A DNA stretch of 64,000 bases, from the NCBI RefSeq assembly GCF_009914755.1, contig NC_060927.1; one strand, given 5' to 3'. The stretch is from the human T2T-CHM13v2.0 reference genome, Homo sapiens. Every line of letters begins with the position of its first letter. Position 1 is the stretch's first letter. The position numbers were made by a program, and so were the translations under genes. The notes below the pieces were generated by a model. That model was not told the DNA's origin. It did not search any database and was given only the letters and a program-made list of their open reading frames with translations. Of the stretch, positions 57,900 to 64,000 are shown piece by piece.

Positions 57900-58717
57900 A
57901 GCTCTATTCATAAATGATTCTGGAGGGACTCCACTAGGGCTCCCCCGATACATTTGATGTTACAAGTATCTTCTTCCCCCTCCACCCCACAGGCTTGCTG
58001 CTAGGTTATTCTTACTGTTCCTATGGACAGCTCTATTGAGGTATCAGCAAGATGCCTCAAGCCCCAGCTGCCTTGGGCACCCTCCATCCACAGGATCTCA
58101 CGAATTCATGCCATTTCAATGCATGGCTATGTACACTGGCTACAGGAGCTCTGCTACCTTTTCCCTACTTCTCATCCCGGTAACATCAGCACTAACTTGT
58201 GGTTTGGAGCTGAGATTTTTTCAGACAAGAAAAAGTCATTCATTCCACATCTCTTGATGGAAGAGATCCTGCACCACAATTGTGTAGAAACCAGAGAAAC
58301 AAATTAACTGTCCACATTACTATACTCCATGAGTAAAGGAGAAAGAAAGGGCTAGTAATGCCCTCTTGAGCTCTGCCCAAACTTTTCCTTTTCTTCTCCT
58401 GGTATTTCTCCTGTTTGGTATAGTTGCTATATTTGAGTGGATTGTTAAATTATTCTGGTATTCAAAGCTTTTTGTTCTCAGCCTTGCGCTATCTTCAGAG
58501 AAAGCCCATAATAGAGTCAGCATGAACCCAAGCGTTCAGGAGAAAAAAACTAATAACAACTCTACACCTTTTACCATTATCATAGTAAAGGCCCAAATGA
58601 TGAAGAATTAAAAATCTAGAAATGTAAATATAAATTAAGGAAAAAAGTGTACTTTTCAATAATATATACTGAATTAATAGATATAAATACTGATAAATGA
58701 AGATTAACACTATTTCA

Positions 58718-59194
<477 letters not shown>

Positions 59195-60019
59195 TTATTG
59201 TTATTATTATCCCCATTTTATATCTAAGAAATATGATGTTTGGAAATAATGTTCTTGCTCAAGGTTCTATGAAAGCCAGAATCTCTCAAATTATGACAGT
59301 AATTGAAGGTATCTTGATATTAGCTCATATTAGAGATGTCCATGGTATATGTATAATCTCAATTTCATATAAAAAGATATGAGTTTTCAGCGCATTTACC
59401 AAAATTAGGTGGCAATTGCTTCAAAGTAGCAATAGATTCAACTACTCGTGTGTGTCTAAGGTCAGAAACTGTCAAAGGTCAATGCCATAGAAAATTAATT
59501 CCAAATTAAACTGAGAGAAAGCCAAGTTGAATAAGCTCCACGAAGGAAATCAAGCAGAATTCTTTGGTGCCAAGATATTTGGCAGTCTTCTCAGGCATAA
59601 CTGCTTCTCTTTCCTATTTCTCTCAATTTATTCCACATCATGTAACTTTATAAATGCGTGAGCAAATGTCCCCTTGCCGAGGTGCAACATTGCTCTGGGA
59701 AGTATAATTGGCACAATTCAGTAAACCCTAAGACCTTGGCAAGATGCATGCCACTGGCCACTGCTATGTTACTTTGGTTCAACTCTCTATTGGAAAATAT
59801 TTTAACTATTTATTATGAAAGAAATAGTTACTCATCTCACATTCTTAGAGCAAACATAGGCCAACTAGATATTATAATGCAGTTGTATGGGATGTGTCCC
59901 AAAGCAAGAATACTGATTTGCTGTGGGTAGGGAGAAATGTTAGTTATGAAAGTATCACAGAAGAATACAGAGGCCAAACTATACATATTCTAATTTAGTG
60001 GTGTTACCCTTGTGTACAG

Positions 60020-60177
60020 ACCCTTGCTACTCAAAGTATCAGCCATTAGCACCAGCATTACCTGGAGCTTATTTGAAACGCAGAATCTCAGCCCCAACCC
60101 AGAGCTACTAAATGAGAATCTGCATGTTAGCAATATCCCCAGGTGATTCAAAGGCATATTCATTTGAGAAGCACTGG
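60020..60177. mobile_element. MER5A (hAT-Charlie MITE)
   Basis: gctactcaaagt...gcagaatctcagcccca...gaatctgcatgtta...ccccaggtgattc...tttgagaagcactg. Confidence 0.85.
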
Positions 60178-60444
60178 TCCAGATAACTGTACTGTGTATA
60201 CCACTTACCTTCTTGCTACAATCTTAATACTACAGTCAGAAGTTGTATCCTCTAAAAATGGCTGTTTCTCTAGGCACCAAGTTTTAAAAAGACTATTAAA
60301 TGTAATCAAAATACAAATATTTTCTGAAATTCGCTTTTCCAATTTTTATTAAAATTGAGTAAATATTTTTACATTGTCAAATTTTATATTATAAAGAATG
60401 AGAGAAATACTTTTAAAACATAGTTTTACATTCATCCTAAGGCA

Positions 60445-60565
60445 GAGATATATGATATATATATCACAGATATATGATATGTGATATCTTTTATCTGATC
60501 TTTTATCAGATATATATCTCATATCTCTGTGATATATATTACATATATATCTGATAAAAGATTAT
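60445..60565. repeat. AT-rich block of interleaved short inverted and tandem repeats
   Basis: atcttttatcagatatatat (60498-60517) and atatatatctgataaaagat (60543-60562) are perfect reverse complements. A second 21-bp pair lies at about 60457-60477 and 60519-60539. Confidence 0.85.
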
Positions 60566-61709
60566 ATGGTATCAAAGTTTGAGATACTTATAATGAAAAA
60601 ATTATCCTTTAAGTATTATCTGTGCCTAGAAATAAGATAGTTAGTGGGGGGCACAATAATGAGGCTATACCCTATATCTTGGAAATACTATAACCCTCTG
60701 AGTGGTATATATATTATACATCAGCTCATCAGATCTGAGCAGAGATACAAAAATTATGGAATGGCATCCGGGCCTTTGAAGGCTTGGCTGTAGTCTATAC
60801 ACTGAATTTTCCAGAATAAGTATTGGTCAGCCTCAGAAATAGAGAAGAAAGAGAAGGGGAAGAGATGGAGAAGAGGAAGAGAAAGAGGAAGGTAGATGGG
60901 AGGCAGTTATGGTCTTGCCTATTCAAACATGATCCAAGGGAAAAGGTATTTTCCAGACCAACTGAACTATGGAGTCCATGTAACAGCAGTATCTCTTGTG
61001 AAGACTGGTTTCTTAGCAACAAATGTGTTGATAATCTGACTTCTGTAATTTGCTTAAATGGAGAGAACAGGCAAATAGGAAAATGTTCTGCCCTAAAATT
61101 ATCCTATCTACTGACTTGATGTAGTGCTATTTAAATTAGTTAATTTTATTCCGGTTAATATACCTCAGATTATTATAAATCAGCTAGAGTGAGTAATCAA
61201 TTCTTCTAATCTTGCTAAATCTAGGACAGTGGTAAGAATATATAGCACAACCAGCAAGTATCAGAGCTGGAATCTGGACCCCACTGTAAGTTCTCCCCTT
61301 TCCTAAATTATGTTATTCCTTCACTAGAGGTTCCTAGATTTTTTTTAAGGGACTTCTTTGAAAATATGATAAAAACTAGAGATGAGATGCACCTATGCAT
61401 AGACAACAACTAAAAAAGGTCATCATTTCAGGGGATTCATATTGCTTGAAACTTATCTACAGAACCTGTCATCTTCAAGAAACTTCTTCTCTGATTCAAT
61501 AAAATACATTCACAGAATTATCAGTAGAATAATTACCAAATGTTCTATTGCTTACAGATACATATGTGTACACACAAACTAGAGATTCCATTCTAAGGAG
61601 GCCCCTTTTGTTTAGATAAGCATAATGATGGTTTTATGTGTGCAAGTCTGGAGATAACTTGTTTAGAGTAGCACTGGGGCAGAGAGGATGATCTGTAATG
61701 GAGACATGT

Positions 61710-62110
61710 CCTAGACAGGATAAGCAAAGTTAGGCTGGGCAGCGTACAACCCTCACAGCTCGGTGCTTTAGCTGTCTTAACATAATGAGGGCTTCTTTCT
61801 CCACAAATCACCTTTTGAGTTTGGGCAGCATTCCAACTCAGCAGTCCAGGCCACTTCTGTCCTAGGTCTCTACTGTCAAAACCCAAGGTCTTCTCATGAT
61901 TGCCATAGCTGTAGAAGAGAGAATAAAGGGTCTCATATATACAATAAAATGCTTCCACCTGGAAGTAATGCATTTCACTTCTGTCACAGTCCTTTGACCA
62001 AAACTAGTACCATAATCCCACCCAATCCAAAGGAGCTGAGAAGTAAGGGTTACCAAATATCCAGAATGATAAGAAAACCTGACAATGATGGGTTCCAAAA
62101 ATGTTTACTA
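61710..62110 (-). mobile_element. MLT1J/K/L-like MaLR LTR
   Basis: aaatgcttccacctggaagtaatgcatttcacttctgtcacagtcctttgaccaaaactagt...cccacccaa. Confidence 0.7.
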
Positions 62111-62751
62111 GAAGACATGTCAAATAGAAGAGCCTCTATTGGTTTACTGGAGGTGTTCAATATTAAACTTCTCATTTGCCTACCCCATGTAATCTTTGAT
62201 AAAATATATACCCTTCTCATTCTTCACAAGTTCTTGAAGAATTGCTGAGCTCTGCGTATCAGTGGGGCATACACTAGGTACAGAAAGCTCCACCCTAGAG
62301 GGCAGAGATGGAGAACAGTGAGCAAAAGACTGACATTCAATGATAGAATGCTATTAAAGAGGCAGCTTCCTACAGTGGAAAAAAACTGTCAGAGACATGC
62401 CTTCCAGGCTATAGTGTACTATTCTGAGAAAGTTAAATGACTTGCCCATCTGTAAAATGAATAAGCGGGATTTGATAACTTTAGTGTTAAATTGTACAGC
62501 ACTAGCAATAGATGCAAAAGCAATTAAAGAAGAGAGAAATCAATTAAACAAGTAACATTATTTTTAGCAAGTAACCTCATTTTTTAGCCTATCTGACCAA
62601 TCTATTACTACCTCTGTTGATCACTTCTATGAAAGAGATTTTATTAGGTAAGATATATCAAGAAAATTTAATTTTGCTTTTCCTTAAAATATAACACTAA
62701 GTATGAAAAACAGTCTTTAGACAAATAAAATAGGATCTTGACTTTTAGTGA

Positions 62752-63048
62752 TTTTTATTTTTTTTAGAGATGGGTTCTCTTGCTGTTTCCCATGCTGGAG
62801 TGCAGTGGGGCAATCATAGTTCACTGCAGCTTCAAACTCCTGGGCTCAAATGATTATCACACCTGAGCCTCCTGAGTAGCTGGGACTACAAGCAAATGCC
62901 ACTGTACTTGGTTAATTTTTAAATCTTTTGTAGAGACAAGGTCTCTCTTTGTTGTCCAGACTGGTCTTGAACTCCTGGCTTCAAGTGATTCTCCTTCCTC
63001 ACCCTCCTCAAATGGTGCGATTACAGAAGTGAGCCACCGCACGTGGCC
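62752..63048 (-). mobile_element. AluJ
   Basis: gcaatcatagttcactgcagcttcaaactcctgggctcaa...gtagagacaaggtctc...gtgagccaccgcacgtggcc. Confidence 0.92.
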
Positions 63049-63460
63049 TCTTTTTATGCATTTCATTTTCATTTTATTTTCTGAAAAATACACTAAAATA
63101 AGTAATATTTGGTGCCATATATTTATTCCACTATTTAGTAGATGTATTTAGGATAATTGCATATATAAACATGATTATGTGTTAGAGTTTGGTCAGAGTT
63201 TACCTAATTCACAGCATAATTATGAACAGCACTCCATTTCATTCTCAAAAGTGTCTCAGTTTGGACAGTAAGTTGTATGTCACCCAATGTATGTGCTATA
63301 TGATTTTCAACAACTGATTTTTGAGAACACTCAACATCAAGGCTCTTATCTATTGCTGTTATTATTATCAGCTCTCAAATTAACTGAAATCTAACACTGG
63401 AGACAATTAGAATTCATGCAAAATATCAATATATTTGTAATCTTTGTATTGTTCCCTCAG

Positions 63461-63582
63461 GGTACAAGGTTTTCCATGTTCACATCACCAACTACAGCAA
63501 TCAACATGAGTTATTGTTTTCTCTTGGGTCATTTACAAGAGGAAATCCTCTGAGGTGAACAATCACTCCTGATTTCACAAGG
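63461..63582 (+). other. Candidate 122-nt non-coding exon (unverified)
   Basis: Acceptor tctttgtattgttccctcag, donor agg|gtaagt; stops in all three frames; non-repeat sequence. Confidence 0.4.
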
Positions 63583-64000
63583 GTAAGTAGAAGCCAGTAA
63601 TAACAAACATTATCCTGTGACATTTCAACATTGGTCTGAATAAAATACCTGATACACAGAACACTGAGAAACACAAACACAGTCTATGGATTTCTTTGCC
63701 TTTGTCATGGAGGAGTTCTTACTTCCCCTAGAATAACTCTTCTCTAACTCAAAGTGAAAAATAAAAATAAAATTAAAAAGTTACATGACTCTCAATTCAA
63801 GCCTAATGTGGATCTCCTAAATGACCTTCTTTATAACTACTATTAAAAAGAGCAAGTTTAAATTTGCTTTCAAAGAGTGATCACCTCCTTTTTTGGTTTA
63901 AAAATTCAATACATTTTTAATATTTCTTTAGTGTTGACTATTTTTTCCCTGGTGCTAATTATCTTATGGTCCTCTAACTCATTATGCTCTTTGATGATCA

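Overview
AT-rich, CpG-poor primate (human-like) genomic DNA, intergenic or deep intronic. I find no convincing protein-coding gene, RNA gene or CpG island. The listed ORFs are either chance ORFs or decayed transposon fragments (Tigger1 transposase, L1 ORF1/ORF2, Alu translations). About half or more of the window is recognisable repeats: a Tigger1, 12 Alu-derived elements, L1s of several ages (L1PA2/3 to L1ME, including an internally deleted, formerly full-length L1MA2-like copy), a complete MER4A1-LTR/MER4-int provirus (about 7.4 kb, minus strand), MaLR/ERVL LTRs, hAT MITEs, MIRs, L2s and microsatellites. The most unusual structure is not explained by repeats. There are three separate local inverted duplications of different ages: 534 bp at about 98% identity, about 200 bp at about 85% with one arm later split by an L1PA, and about 70 bp. 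There are also micro-scale interleaved palindromes. Together these suggest repeated template-switch or templated-insertion events and a candidate inversion-prone 2.45 kb segment. Other notable items are a probable L1 3' transduction, a twin-primed L1 at a deletion in its host, and two well-formed candidate plus-strand exons. Subfamily names come from recalled consensus sequences and identities were estimated by eye; neither was computed.
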